Part shown: positions 37,068-46,532 of the stretch, piece after piece
Layout: each line of letters starts with the position of its first letter
Numbering within the stretch: position 1 is the stretch's first letter
Assembly (NCBI GenBank): GCA_039586795.1
Contig: JBDHJS010000028.1
Coordinates: 1 to 48,320, forward strand
Direction of reading: 5' to 3'
DNA length: 48,320 nucleotides
Origin: Gemmatimonadota bacterium
GTDB taxonomy: Bacteria > Gemmatimonadota > Gemmatimonadetes > Palauibacterales > KS3-K002
Notes under the pieces: generated by a model
What the model saw: the letters and a program-made list of their open reading frames with translations, nothing else
Database searches by the model: none
What the model was told of the DNA's origin: nothing
Program-made: the position numbers and the translations under genes

Positions 37068-38438
37068 TTACCAATAGAGCGCGAACCTGCCGTGTGCTCC
37101 ATCGAACCTGAAGTGATCCACGTCAAGGTTGGCTCCCGCGACAAACAGAGCGTGACCAAAGGACCATCCGATGTCAGCGCGCAGGCGTGCGTTGTCTTGA
37201 TTGAGGGGTTCGAGTGTCGGCACAGGCGCCGGGCCACTGGTCCAGCGCGACGTGAAATCGAGGCCCAACACCGCCTGGAAGCCGCGTGTCGTTCTATATA
37301 TAAGACTGTTTCGGCCGGCCCACGTTCGATCCTCGTAGTCGACGTTGGCGGCGACCGTGGTGTCGGGACGTATCCGGTCCTCGCTTCTCCATACTCTGGC
37401 CAACCAACCTTCGAATGAGAGGTGCGGGTCGAATTGGTGAATCGCGAACAGCCCAACGCTCCAGGTCGCTTCCGTCAAATCGAACGCGTCCTCGGGCCTC
37501 CCGTTCGTCAGCGGGCGGCGGTCCAGACTCGCCGATACCCATGTCGCGAAACTCCCTACAGCTGATCGCCTGGACGGTCCCCACTCCAGGAGACCGCCAG
37601 CGTACCCGTAGCGCTCATCCTGTTGAAAGCCGTCTCCTGTCTGGGTTTGGGACTCGACCACTACGGTCGTCGGGGTCATTAGCAGGCCGTAGGCCTCAGC
37701 CCTGAACCGTCGGCCCAACGGCGTCGACAGAGCAATTCGGCCCGAGAAGGGGTGCGCGAGATAGTCCAGCGCGGTGTCGGCGATGGCGGGGTCCACCTTC
37801 AATGACTGGTAGACGACATCCGAGAAGACGTCCAGCGCCGCGAACGCCATCGTCAGCGTCGTGTGTCCTGGTTTCCACATCAGGCCTGCCTCGATGTCCG
37901 TCTCCGGTTTCTCTGCGTTTAGCGTGGCCTGTAGGAAAGCGCGGTAAACTCCATCGCCTAGCGTCTTGGCGAAACCGAGCCACACCAGGTTGCGTTTCGT
38001 GGTTAGCGATTGGTCGTGGATGAACTGCGTGTTCGCCGACCAATTGGCGCCTAGCGCGACGTCCGCCTTGAAGTCGCCATAGCGGACGAGCTGCAGGTGG
38101 TCGATACTTCCCGCCCAGAAGCGAACGCCATCGTTTTGCTGGTACCAGCTGTATATCTCTGAGAGGGAGAACATCGAGGAGATGACGTCGAGTGAGTATT
38201 CGCCGTCCATCTGCTCGTTGAAGCGCTGGAGAATTCCCAGATCGCTGGTGCGCCCGTGGAAGCTGCCGCCGCGGTCGAAGACTGCCAGGCGCACCTGCTC
38301 CTCCCAGCCTCGCAGAGTTGCGTGGGCTGAAAACGTCGTGTCATCTTGCGCCAGTGAGGTCGGCGGCGCGGCCAGGGCCGCCAGGGCCACCCCCAAGGCG
38401 AAGCGGCGACGGGCAAACGATATAGCGAGGTGGAGCAT
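37068..38438 (-). CDS. Hypothetical secreted protein, probable outer-membrane beta-barrel
   Basis: Signal peptide SLA|QD; amphipathic strands; aromatic C-terminus ALYW. Confidence 0.7.
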   Translation of the reverse strand: MLHLAISFARRRFALGVALAALAAPPTSLAQDDTTFSAHATLRGWEEQVRLAVFDRGGSFHGRTSDLGILQRFNEQMDGEYSLDVISSMFSLSEIYSWYQQNDGVRFWAGSIDHLQLVRYGDFKADVALGANWSANTQFIHDQSLTTKRNLVWLGFAKTLGDGVYRAFLQATLNAEKPETDIEAGLMWKPGHTTLTMAFAALDVFSDVVYQSLKVDPAIADTALDYLAHPFSGRIALSTPLGRRFRAEAYGLLMTPTTVVVESQTQTGDGFQQDERYGYAGGLLEWGPSRRSAVGSFATWVSASLDRRPLTNGRPEDAFDLTEATWSVGLFAIHQFDPHLSFEGWLARVWRSEDRIRPDTTVAANVDYEDRTWAGRNSLIYRTTRGFQAVLGLDFTSRWTSGPAPVPTLEPLNQDNARLRADIGWSFGHALFVAGANLDVDHFRFDGAHGRFALYW

Positions 38439-38548
38439 TAGAAAACTCTCGCTGAGTCTCTAAAGATCAGCTTAGCGGCGCAGGCGTGCCGCGGCAACGA
38501 CGGTCGAAACGTGGCGCGACTGCCGGCGTAGTGAGAGATTACGAGGCG

Positions 38549-38579
38549 GATGCATCCTTTTGGCCGTCAGATGCATCCT
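38549..38579. repeat. Tandem GATGCATCCT direct repeat (21-bp spacing) in divergent intergenic region
   Basis: Copies at 38549-38558 and 38570-38579, each with a palindromic GATGCATC core. Confidence 0.55.
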
Positions 38580-38609
38580 CTTATTAAGGGATAGAGAGCG
38601 GTGGAGCCT

Positions 38610-40496
38610 ATGGACCAGAAGCCAACAAAACTTGGACACTTCCTGACGGAGCTCAAGCGCCGCCACGTGTGGCGTGCGGCTATCGCTTACGCGGCGGTGT
38701 CCTTCGTTCTCCTCCAGGCGGGCGAGATCGTGCTGCCGGTCTTCGAGGCGCCGGAGTGGGCGCTAAGGCTGCTGGTTGTGGTAACGCTTCTTGCTTTTCC
38801 TGTGGTTCTTGTCCTGGCCTGGATCTACGAGATCACGCCGCAGGGCATACGCCGGACTCAGGATCTGGAAGTTGGCGCCCAACGGCTAATCCAGCCCAGC
38901 CGCCTGCTCCCACGCCTGGCGTTGCTGGGGGTTACGGTCGTCACGGTCGGAGTCATCGGCTGGTGGATGATGACGTTCAACGGCGACAGCTCGTTGCAGG
39001 GGTCTCCCGGCGAGACCGCCCCGATGAGCAGCGGACTGTACCCCGTGTCGAGCGACCCGAGCGCGCCGATCCGCTCGCTGGCCGTCTTGCCATTCCAGGA
39101 CTTCTCAGACCTGGAGACTGACGACCAGGCCTATTTCTCGGCCGGGATGCACGAGGCGGTAGTGTGGCAGCTGAGTCAGCTGGCTTCGGTGCGCGTGGTT
39201 TCACGGACCTCGGTGACGCAGTACGCGGGGACGACGAAGACGACGCCGCAGATCTCACGTGAGCTGGGCGTTCAGGGGATCATCGAGGGGTCGGTGCTCC
39301 GGTCGGGTGACCGGGTCCAGATCACGGTTCAGCTGATCCACGGGCCGACCGACACACACCTCTGGTCGCAGCGCTATGAGCGTGATCTGACGGATGTCAT
39401 CGCACTGCAGAACGAGGTGGCGCTGGCGATCGCCAACGAGATCCAGGCGGAGATCACGCCGGACGAGCAGACGCGGTTGGCATCGTTGGAAGAGGCGAAT
39501 CCAGAGGCACACATGGAGTTCATGCGTGGCCGTATGGAGGCGTCGAAAGAAACGCCGGAAGGGCATCAGGAGGCGATCCAGCATTTCCAGGAGGCGGTGA
39601 AGCTCGACTCCACGTATGCTCCGGCGTATGCCGGTCTCGCTGGCTCTCAATTCCTGCTCGAGATGAGCGAATCGGACAGCACGATCGACCTGCGAACTCT
39701 CGTTCAGGTGGCGACGAAGGCGGTGGAGTTGGACGCCGAGTCGCCGGAAGCCCAGGCGGTACTGTCCGAGATCAATCGGTACGTGGTCGTGATGGCCGAG
39801 TCTCTGAACCATGAGCTTACGGCTGTCGCGGGCGTGAACGTAGTCGATTCGGTTGTGGTACCCGAAGGCGCATGGGGATCGGAGTTTACGGAATTCGGGA
39901 GCCAGGCGCAGCGGATTGCGCTCTCCAGAGATACGGCGGATCGCTGGCGTGCCGTGCCGCTGCGTCGGGTGGGAGGAGCCCGGTATCTTGCCGCGCAGGG
40001 TCGGTACGATGACGCCGAAGCCATGCTGCGTACGATGCTCGAACATGATCCGAGCTTCGATCAGGCTTGGGAAGAGCTCGAGTACATCTACGTGATGCGC
40101 GGCGATTATGCCGGCGCCGTCGAAGTACGGCGGGAGCGGATGGAGAAGAGCGCCGCGGAAGTCGAGGAAGCCTCGGCGTCGGATCTCGAGCGTGCGGTAG
40201 CAGAGCGATCGGCTAGGGGTTATTGGGAACTGCGCCTGGCCGAATTCCGCGAGCGCGAGGCACAAGGAGGGGAGCAGTCGCAGGTTGACATCGCTGCCGC
40301 GTTGGTGGCGCTCGGCCGCTATGACGAGGCGATGCAGAGTTTGGAGCTTGCCGTTGAGCAACGAGATCGCAAGCTGTACACATTGGGCGGCGATCCGGTT
40401 TGGGATCCGGTACGCGGCGATCCGCGCTTCTTGCGAATAATTGAACGAGTTCGACGGGCGAAACCGGCAGCGCCAGAGAGACCACGAACTCCCTGA
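38610..40496 (+). CDS. Membrane protein with TolB-like domain and TPR repeats
   Basis: ELKRRHVWRAAIAY N-terminal TM module; SLAVLPF, VVSRTS, IIEGSV, HLWSQRYERD; C-terminal DPVWDPVRGDPRF. Confidence 0.85.
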   Translation: MDQKPTKLGHFLTELKRRHVWRAAIAYAAVSFVLLQAGEIVLPVFEAPEWALRLLVVVTLLAFPVVLVLAWIYEITPQGIRRTQDLEVGAQRLIQPSRLLPRLALLGVTVVTVGVIGWWMMTFNGDSSLQGSPGETAPMSSGLYPVSSDPSAPIRSLAVLPFQDFSDLETDDQAYFSAGMHEAVVWQLSQLASVRVVSRTSVTQYAGTTKTTPQISRELGVQGIIEGSVLRSGDRVQITVQLIHGPTDTHLWSQRYERDLTDVIALQNEVALAIANEIQAEITPDEQTRLASLEEANPEAHMEFMRGRMEASKETPEGHQEAIQHFQEAVKLDSTYAPAYAGLAGSQFLLEMSESDSTIDLRTLVQVATKAVELDAESPEAQAVLSEINRYVVVMAESLNHELTAVAGVNVVDSVVVPEGAWGSEFTEFGSQAQRIALSRDTADRWRAVPLRRVGGARYLAAQGRYDDAEAMLRTMLEHDPSFDQAWEELEYIYVMRGDYAGAVEVRRERMEKSAAEVEEASASDLERAVAERSARGYWELRLAEFREREAQGGEQSQVDIAAALVALGRYDEAMQSLELAVEQRDRKLYTLGGDPVWDPVRGDPRFLRIIERVRRAKPAAPERPRTP

Positions 40497-40693
40497 CACC
40501 TCCTATTAGGAGTAGAACGGCGGCGGGTTGCCCATGCTTGCGACGGTCCAACCCGCCGTTATGTTTGCCCTCACTACTGACGTACACCGTGATATCCCAG
40601 CGAGTATCTAGGAACCACGCCGCCGGGCAATCGGTTTACGATTGCGCGAGATCACGAGGTGCAGAATCGCACTTACCGCAACAGGAAGCGTTC

Positions 40694-41647
40694 ATGAGTT
40701 CACCGGATATGGGAAGCTGTCATTCGCGTTTTCGTCTACGTCTAGCGACGCAAGCGCTCATCTTGGCCTCAGGACTGGCGGCGGTCGGCGCGTGCGCGAG
40801 CGGACCGCGTTTGACCGTCAATCCCGTGACGCCGACTCCGACCAACACCTATCACATTGGCAAGATCGTCTGGTACGATCTGGTCACCGATGATGTGCCT
40901 GCCGTAAAGAATTTCTACTCAGAGCTGTTCGGCTGGGACTACGAGGAGATTCAGGGTAGGGAAGCGGCCTACACGGTGATCATGCATGACGGCACTGCTA
41001 TCGGAGGCATCGTCCCGATGGCGGAGGATTCGGACCGTGACGTCAGCAGCTCGCGTTGGCTGAGCTCGATGTCGGTGGAAGATGTCGATCAGGCGGTGGA
41101 GCAGGTCGAACGGCTGGGCGGAACCGTAAACGGGGGTGGCACCGACTACCCCGACCGAGGTAGGCTGGCATTGGTGACCGACCCGCAGGGCGCCATGCTC
41201 ATCTTCGTGCGAGCCACGACGGGGGATCCGCCGGACCTGCCTGTCGGTTCCGATCCGATTCCCAATCGCTGGATGTGGACCGAGCTGTGGGCTCACGATG
41301 TAGGTGCGGCGGTCGAGTTCTATGGTGCGTTGGTGGGATATCAGACTGAGACCTTCGACATTCCCGGCGATGCCGATTATCAAGTGCTGATGCGTGACGG
41401 TCGCCGTCGCGCTGGAATCATCCACTTGCCATGGGAAGAAGTGGTTCCGAACTGGCTACCCTATGTGAACGTCACAGACCCGGTAGACGTCGCGAAGAGG
41501 GTCGAAGAGTTGGGTGGCGCGGTCCTCATTCCGCCGCAGCCAGGTATCCGAAGTGCTAGCGTGGGTGTCGTTACGGACCCATCCGGCGCCGCTTTCGCCA
41601 TTCAGAAGTGGCCCGTTGATGATAATGACTCGGGAGGCAGGCCATGA
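40694..41647 (+). CDS. VOC (glyoxalase-like) two-domain lipoprotein
   Basis: Lipobox VGAC; GKIVWYDLVTDD, FYSELFGW, DPQGA; second domain WTELWAHD, WLPYV, DPSGA. Confidence 0.88.
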   Translation: MSSPDMGSCHSRFRLRLATQALILASGLAAVGACASGPRLTVNPVTPTPTNTYHIGKIVWYDLVTDDVPAVKNFYSELFGWDYEEIQGREAAYTVIMHDGTAIGGIVPMAEDSDRDVSSSRWLSSMSVEDVDQAVEQVERLGGTVNGGGTDYPDRGRLALVTDPQGAMLIFVRATTGDPPDLPVGSDPIPNRWMWTELWAHDVGAAVEFYGALVGYQTETFDIPGDADYQVLMRDGRRRAGIIHLPWEEVVPNWLPYVNVTDPVDVAKRVEELGGAVLIPPQPGIRSASVGVVTDPSGAAFAIQKWPVDDNDSGGRP

Positions 41648-42000
41648 TGAGCCGTGCGAAGTTTCTGGTGTTCGCTTTCGCCGGCCTGGCGTCGCTGTCG
41701 TCGGTGGGCTGTGGTTCCGGCAGCGGCAGCGTTTACGTCGGAGTTGCGACACCCGGACCGTGGGTCGGGTATCCGGGCAGATACCCAGGTATGTACCCCG
41801 GCGGCGGCGTCTGGGTGGGCGTGCCCGTGTGCTGCGAGGACCGCGACGCGATGGCGGAACCGGCTGAGACTACAGAGCGATATGCGGAGTCAGACGCGGC
41901 CCGCCAAGAGGGGCAGGCCGAGGCCGAAGCCGCGGTCGAAGACGAGCGTCGGAGCGGGCGATCGGCCTCTAAAGAGGACGAGGGACGCCGGGACGGCTGA
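41644..42000 (+). CDS. Small hypothetical lipoprotein (YPG repeats, charged tail)
   Basis: ATGA overlap with GGAGG RBS; lipobox SVGC; GYPGRYPGMYPG. Confidence 0.65.
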   Translation: MMSRAKFLVFAFAGLASLSSVGCGSGSGSVYVGVATPGPWVGYPGRYPGMYPGGGVWVGVPVCCEDRDAMAEPAETTERYAESDAARQEGQAEAEAAVEDERRSGRSASKEDEGRRDG

Positions 42001-42011
42001 GCCCGTTCACG

Positions 42012-43481
42012 ATGCAGAATCGCGATAGTTGGTCCGAGAGGTTTCTCCGCCTCTTCTCCGACGTGAGGACGGGCGAGGGAGCGACTGTGATGCTCCTCGC
42101 GCTGAACGTCTTCCTGATTCTCGCTGCCTACTACTTCATGAAGCCGGTCCGTGAAGCCCTCATACTCGTGGGGGGCGGCGCGGAGGTGAAGAGCTATTCC
42201 TCTGCGGGGCAGGCGATTCTCCTACTCGCCGCTGTGCCGGCGTATGGGATGCTGGCATCGCGCATGCCACGTCGCCGGCTCATCAACATCGTCACCTTCT
42301 TCTTCATTACCTGTCTTGGATTCTTCTACGGCGCGGCGCGTCTTGGTGTCGCCCCGCTGCCTCTGGCCATCGCCTACTACCTGTACGTTGGGATCTTCAA
42401 CGGCATGGTGATCGCTCAGTTCTGGGCGTTCGCCAACGACCTGTATACGACTTCCGAAGGAGAGAGGCTATTTCCCGTCGTGGCCGTCGGCGCTTCTGCC
42501 GGCGGCGTGTTCGGCGCGTTAGCTGCGGCGCCGATAATCGAATCGTTTGGCGTACTGGAGCCAATGCTGGTCGCGGCGGTGCTTCTGGTTCTCAGTGTGC
42601 TCGTCACCAACTACGTAGATGCCCGCGAGCGCCGTAAGAAGGAGGCAGGCCTTCCCGGTATGTTCACGACCGGAACGATGCCCGCAGCGACGGGCGGAAT
42701 ACGCGTCGAGGACATTAGGAGAGCTTTGGAGGAACCGGAGGGCGAAGAGCCTGAACAAGGAAAGGGTCCTGATCTCGATCTACAAACGCTGACGGAGACT
42801 CTGGGGAAGCGGGGCCCGAATCCCTTCGCCATGGTACTCAGGTGCCGGTATCTGTTGCTCATCGCACTGCTAATGCTGGTTCTGAATTGGGTGAACAGCA
42901 CCGGGGAATACATTCTGAGTAGCATTGTGACGGATACGGCTGCAGATGCTGTGGCAAGTGGCGCAGTGGGCGACTTGGACGAGGGTCAGTATATCGGCGC
43001 GTTCTATGCGCAGTTTTTCGGCGTCGTGAACGTGCTTGGACTGCTCATCCAGGCGCTCCTCGTCGCCCGCGTAGTCAAGCTACTAGGCGTTGCCGGTGCT
43101 CTACTCGTTCTGCCGATAATAGCGCTGGGCGTGTATGCGATCATCTTTCTCGCGCCCGTTCTCATGTACGCCCGTTGGGCGAAGACGGTGGAGAACGCCA
43201 CCGATTATTCGCTGCAGAACACCGTTCGCAACATGTTGTTCTTGCCTTGCACACGCGAACAGAAGTACAAGGCAAAGCAGGCGATCGACACCTTCTTTGT
43301 CCGCGCGGGTGACGTGCTGTCCGCGGCGGTGATCTTCTTGGGCACAACCTTCCTGGCAGCGCGGGTCACCGACTTCGCGCTGTTCAATATCCTCTTGCTT
43401 GTGGGATGGCTCGTGCTGGCGGTGTTGATCGGTCGGGAGTACAAGGCGCTGGTCGCCACAAACCGGCCACCCTGCAACTAG
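42012..43481 (+). CDS. Npt1/Npt2 (TLC-like) nucleotide transporter family MFS protein
   Basis: YYFMKPVREAL, AQFWAFAND, GERLF, ENATDYSLQNT, KYKAKQAIDTFFVRAGD. Confidence 0.88.
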   Translation: MQNRDSWSERFLRLFSDVRTGEGATVMLLALNVFLILAAYYFMKPVREALILVGGGAEVKSYSSAGQAILLLAAVPAYGMLASRMPRRRLINIVTFFFITCLGFFYGAARLGVAPLPLAIAYYLYVGIFNGMVIAQFWAFANDLYTTSEGERLFPVVAVGASAGGVFGALAAAPIIESFGVLEPMLVAAVLLVLSVLVTNYVDARERRKKEAGLPGMFTTGTMPAATGGIRVEDIRRALEEPEGEEPEQGKGPDLDLQTLTETLGKRGPNPFAMVLRCRYLLLIALLMLVLNWVNSTGEYILSSIVTDTAADAVASGAVGDLDEGQYIGAFYAQFFGVVNVLGLLIQALLVARVVKLLGVAGALLVLPIIALGVYAIIFLAPVLMYARWAKTVENATDYSLQNTVRNMLFLPCTREQKYKAKQAIDTFFVRAGDVLSAAVIFLGTTFLAARVTDFALFNILLLVGWLVLAVLIGREYKALVATNRPPCN

Positions 43482-43502
43482 TGGCCGGCCCAGACAACTC
43501 AC

Positions 43503-43949
43503 CTAGAACGCCGTCATCGATTCGGCGATCCCCCAGAGCATAATCGCGCTCACCACACCACTGATAGCGACGAATCCCGCGAATAGGAAACCAAAGATGG
43601 CCTTCCTACGCGCCGCCGCGCCGGTCAACACCTCCGTCGCGCGGATCACCTGTGTGCCCGCCGGCGGGAACTGCTCCGTTGTCCAGGCCTTGTGAGACAT
43701 CCGAACGAGCCAGACCGACATCGAGAACAGAAGCAAGGCCGAACCGATGGCGAGTATCTGGAGCGTGAACTCGAGACCCCCCATCGCCGTGTCGATCTCT
43801 TCTCGGGTCAGGTTGGTGGTGATGCCCAGCGAGCGCTCGATCGTCACCAGTGCGGCGATGCCGCCAACTGTTATTAGAGACACAAGGAACATGGCCCGCC
43901 TCCGGGCGTCCGTGTCCGGCAGCTGCATCCGGTGTTCTTGGAAGTGCAT
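43503..43949 (-). CDS. Hypothetical membrane protein (3 TM)
   Basis: AAGGAG RBS before ATG 43949; hydrophobic helices; QFPPAGT...TGAAA motif. Confidence 0.7.
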   Translation of the reverse strand: MHFQEHRMQLPDTDARRRAMFLVSLITVGGIAALVTIERSLGITTNLTREEIDTAMGGLEFTLQILAIGSALLLFSMSVWLVRMSHKAWTTEQFPPAGTQVIRATEVLTGAAARRKAIFGFLFAGFVAISGVVSAIMLWGIAESMTAF

Positions 43950-44288
43950 TCCGCTCTCCTTACTCATCATACTGCTCCAGTCGAGGCCACTAACTTCTCG
44001 ATTCCAGCCTCTACACCTGAGCAGGAGCCGTACCATAGCCACCCCACGGGGCTTAAAGATTTGCTGTATAAGGGGTTACGAGATTCGTGGTCCGAATCTG
44101 ACGTTGTTCTGGAAGGTTCCGATGTTACCTTACGGTAACCGACATGGAAACATGTTACCAGCGCCCGTTGTGATTCGCGTTCGGGTACCCAGTGAGCTGC
44201 CGGGGCGGGCGTCGGAGGAAGCTGGTGGTTTCAGCTCCGAGGACCGGCTAACGTAACGCCTGAATCGGGAGCGAGAGAAAGGAGAAGA

Positions 44289-45692
44289 ATGGACGTTCAG
44301 TTCTGGGGCGCGGCTCAGACGGTGACCGGCTCGATGCACCTTGTAGAGGTGGGTGGGCGTCGGCTCCTCCTCGACTGCGGCCTTTACCAGGGCCGGCGAA
44401 AGGAGGCGTTCGAGCGGAATCGGCAGCTGCCATTCGACGCGTCGGAGATCGATGCGGTCGTTCTCTCGCACGCGCACATCGACCACAGCGGAAACCTGCC
44501 ATCTCTGGTCAAGGCGGGCTTCTCCGGCTGTATCTACTCGACCCCGGCGACGCGGGATCTATGTGCCTATATGCTGGTCGACTCGGCGCACATTCAAGAG
44601 AACGACGTCAGGTATGTCAACAAACGTCGAAAGAGACAGGGGAAGAAACTGTTCGAACCGCTCTACACTAAGGACGACGCGGTCGAGACGTTGACGCAAT
44701 TCCGGACTGTCGCATACGATCGGGCCTTCGAACCGATTCCTGGCGTGACAGTTCGATTTAAAGACGCGGGACACATCCTCGGGTCGGCAATCGTGATCGT
44801 CGATGCGAAAGAAAAGGGACGAAATTCGCGGCTGGTGTTCAGCGGTGACATCGGGCGCAAGGGGCTGCCAATTCTTCGTGACCCACAGGTCGCGCAGGGC
44901 GCTGACTACGTGATCATGGAGAGCACGTACGGCAACCGCCTGCATGACAACAGCGGCGACGCCGGTGATGTGCTTCGCGAGTCCGTCTCGGACACGATCG
45001 AACGAAAAGGCGTTCTGTTGATTCCCGCGTTCGCCGTGGGCCGTACGCAGGAGATCGTCTACCGATTGAACGAACTGTGCGGTGACGGTGAGCTCCCGGT
45101 AGTGGACGTCTTCGTCGACAGTCCGCTAGCCGTAAACGCCACCGAGGTCTTCCGCCTGCATCCGGAGTGCTGGGATCGCGAGTACGTCGCAACGGCGCTG
45201 ACGGAGAGCGATCGAGATCCGTTGAGCTTCTCGGGCCTCAAGTACCTGCGCGCCGCCGAAGATTCGATGAAGCTGAATGAGCGCAAGGATCCGGCGGTAA
45301 TCATCGCCGCGTCCGGGATGTGCGAGGGCGGCCGCATCCTCCACCACCTTCGGCACCACGCGACCAGGTCGGCCTCAACCGTTTTGTTTGTCAGCTTCCA
45401 GGGTGAGCACACGTTGGGCCGTCGGATACTGGAAGGTAAGACGCCGGTCTCGATCTACGGCGAGGAGACTGAGATCCGAGCCGAGATTCGTGAGGCGGGC
45501 GGCTACAGCGCCCACGCGGATCGAAACGGTTTGCTGCGTTGGGCGTCGCGGGTCCAGTCCGACGGCAACGTCAAGAGTATTTTCTTGGTGCATGGCGAAC
45601 CCGAAGGCATGACCGCTCTCGCTTCCGGGCTCGAAGAGCAGGGCGCGCTGGGCGTAGAGATGCCGGTTCGGGGGGAGAGATTTTCTCTGTGA
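44289..45692 (+). CDS. MBL-fold beta-CASP RNA-metabolising hydrolase
   Basis: GAAQTVTGS, DCGLYQG, SHAHIDHSG, AGHILGS, FSGDIG, MESTYG, PAFAVGR, SGMCEGG, YSAHAD, LVHGE. Confidence 0.95.
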   Translation: MDVQFWGAAQTVTGSMHLVEVGGRRLLLDCGLYQGRRKEAFERNRQLPFDASEIDAVVLSHAHIDHSGNLPSLVKAGFSGCIYSTPATRDLCAYMLVDSAHIQENDVRYVNKRRKRQGKKLFEPLYTKDDAVETLTQFRTVAYDRAFEPIPGVTVRFKDAGHILGSAIVIVDAKEKGRNSRLVFSGDIGRKGLPILRDPQVAQGADYVIMESTYGNRLHDNSGDAGDVLRESVSDTIERKGVLLIPAFAVGRTQEIVYRLNELCGDGELPVVDVFVDSPLAVNATEVFRLHPECWDREYVATALTESDRDPLSFSGLKYLRAAEDSMKLNERKDPAVIIAASGMCEGGRILHHLRHHATRSASTVLFVSFQGEHTLGRRILEGKTPVSIYGEETEIRAEIREAGGYSAHADRNGLLRWASRVQSDGNVKSIFLVHGEPEGMTALASGLEEQGALGVEMPVRGERFSL

Positions 45693-45959
45693 TCGACGCT
45701 CGACGTTAGACGTTCGACGCACATGGGACAGCCGACGTTCGACAGCCGAAAATCGACGGTCTTCGGTCGTTGTCTATTTCGACAGCCGACAGCCGATATT
45801 CGTCGCTCGTCGACCGAGTCCTGTTGGGCGATCGACGTCCGACGTTCGGCTCACATCGAGCGACAGTCGCGCGACGAACGTCGGGAGTCGGGCGTCGGTA
45901 GCCGAATTGTCCTCGGTCGCTGGTACGCGGCTGTCCGCTGTCGGCTGTCGAAATAGTCT
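45693..45959. repeat. Heptamer tandem-repeat tract forming nested inverted repeats
   Basis: Degenerate 7-mers (GATCGAC GCTCGAC GTTAGAC GTTCGAC; CGACAGC units); perfect 20-bp IR 45774-45793 / 45937-45956; inner IR 45839-45848 / 45875-45884. Confidence 0.8.
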
Positions 45960-46373
45960 CTACTTAGCGCCCAGCACTCTGCTGGCCCGGGCGTAATCTT
46001 TCGGCTTGACCCAAAGAATCATCCCGTAGCGCTTCCTGCCGGCGGCAACCGCGTCCGCCGCCGTAATGTTGATCTTCTTCGCGGCCAGCTTGTCGATGTG
46101 GCGGTGCACCGCGCCCAGCTTGTCGGCGCCGGAGATCAAGAAGCCCTTCTTCATCTTCGAGAGCTTCCACCCCTGCGCGCGGGCAACGCGCTTCAGCGCC
46201 GCCATATCCTCGGGGATCATGTCGATCTGGGCGCCGCCTTTGATGGGAAAGCCGGAGTAGGCGAGCAGACCCACCTTCTCCTTGCGCAACTCGGCGAGGA
46301 TCTTAGCGCCCTGGCCCGCTCGATTGGGCACCTTCATGTAGCAGTAGCTGACTTTCTTGACGCGGTCCGCCAT
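45960..46373 (-). CDS. Small protein with tandem ACT-like domains
   Basis: AAGGAGG RBS; VPNRAGQGAKILAEL and GADKLGAVHRHIDKLAAKKINI resemble ACT repeats. Confidence 0.75.
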   Translation of the reverse strand: MADRVKKVSYCYMKVPNRAGQGAKILAELRKEKVGLLAYSGFPIKGGAQIDMIPEDMAALKRVARAQGWKLSKMKKGFLISGADKLGAVHRHIDKLAAKKINITAADAVAAGRKRYGMILWVKPKDYARASRVLGAK

Positions 46374-46532
46374 GGTGTACCTCCTTGTCGGGATTGAGCT
46401 TCTGCAAGATGGTACTCCTCAAGGAAAAGCGCGAGGGAGAAGTCGGGGCCAGGGAGCACTTGCCGGTTGAAAGCTGATGAGGCATCTTGGCGGCGTGGTA
46501 GTTGTCCTATTCGCGTATCAAACTCGTTCGTC

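Noticed and set aside
39255..40499. 414-aa antisense ORF
   Set aside because: Shadow of the TolB-like/TPR gene; no motifs
45723..45956. 77-aa ORF inside the heptamer tract
   Set aside because: Low-complexity Arg/Ser translation explained by the repeats; no RBS
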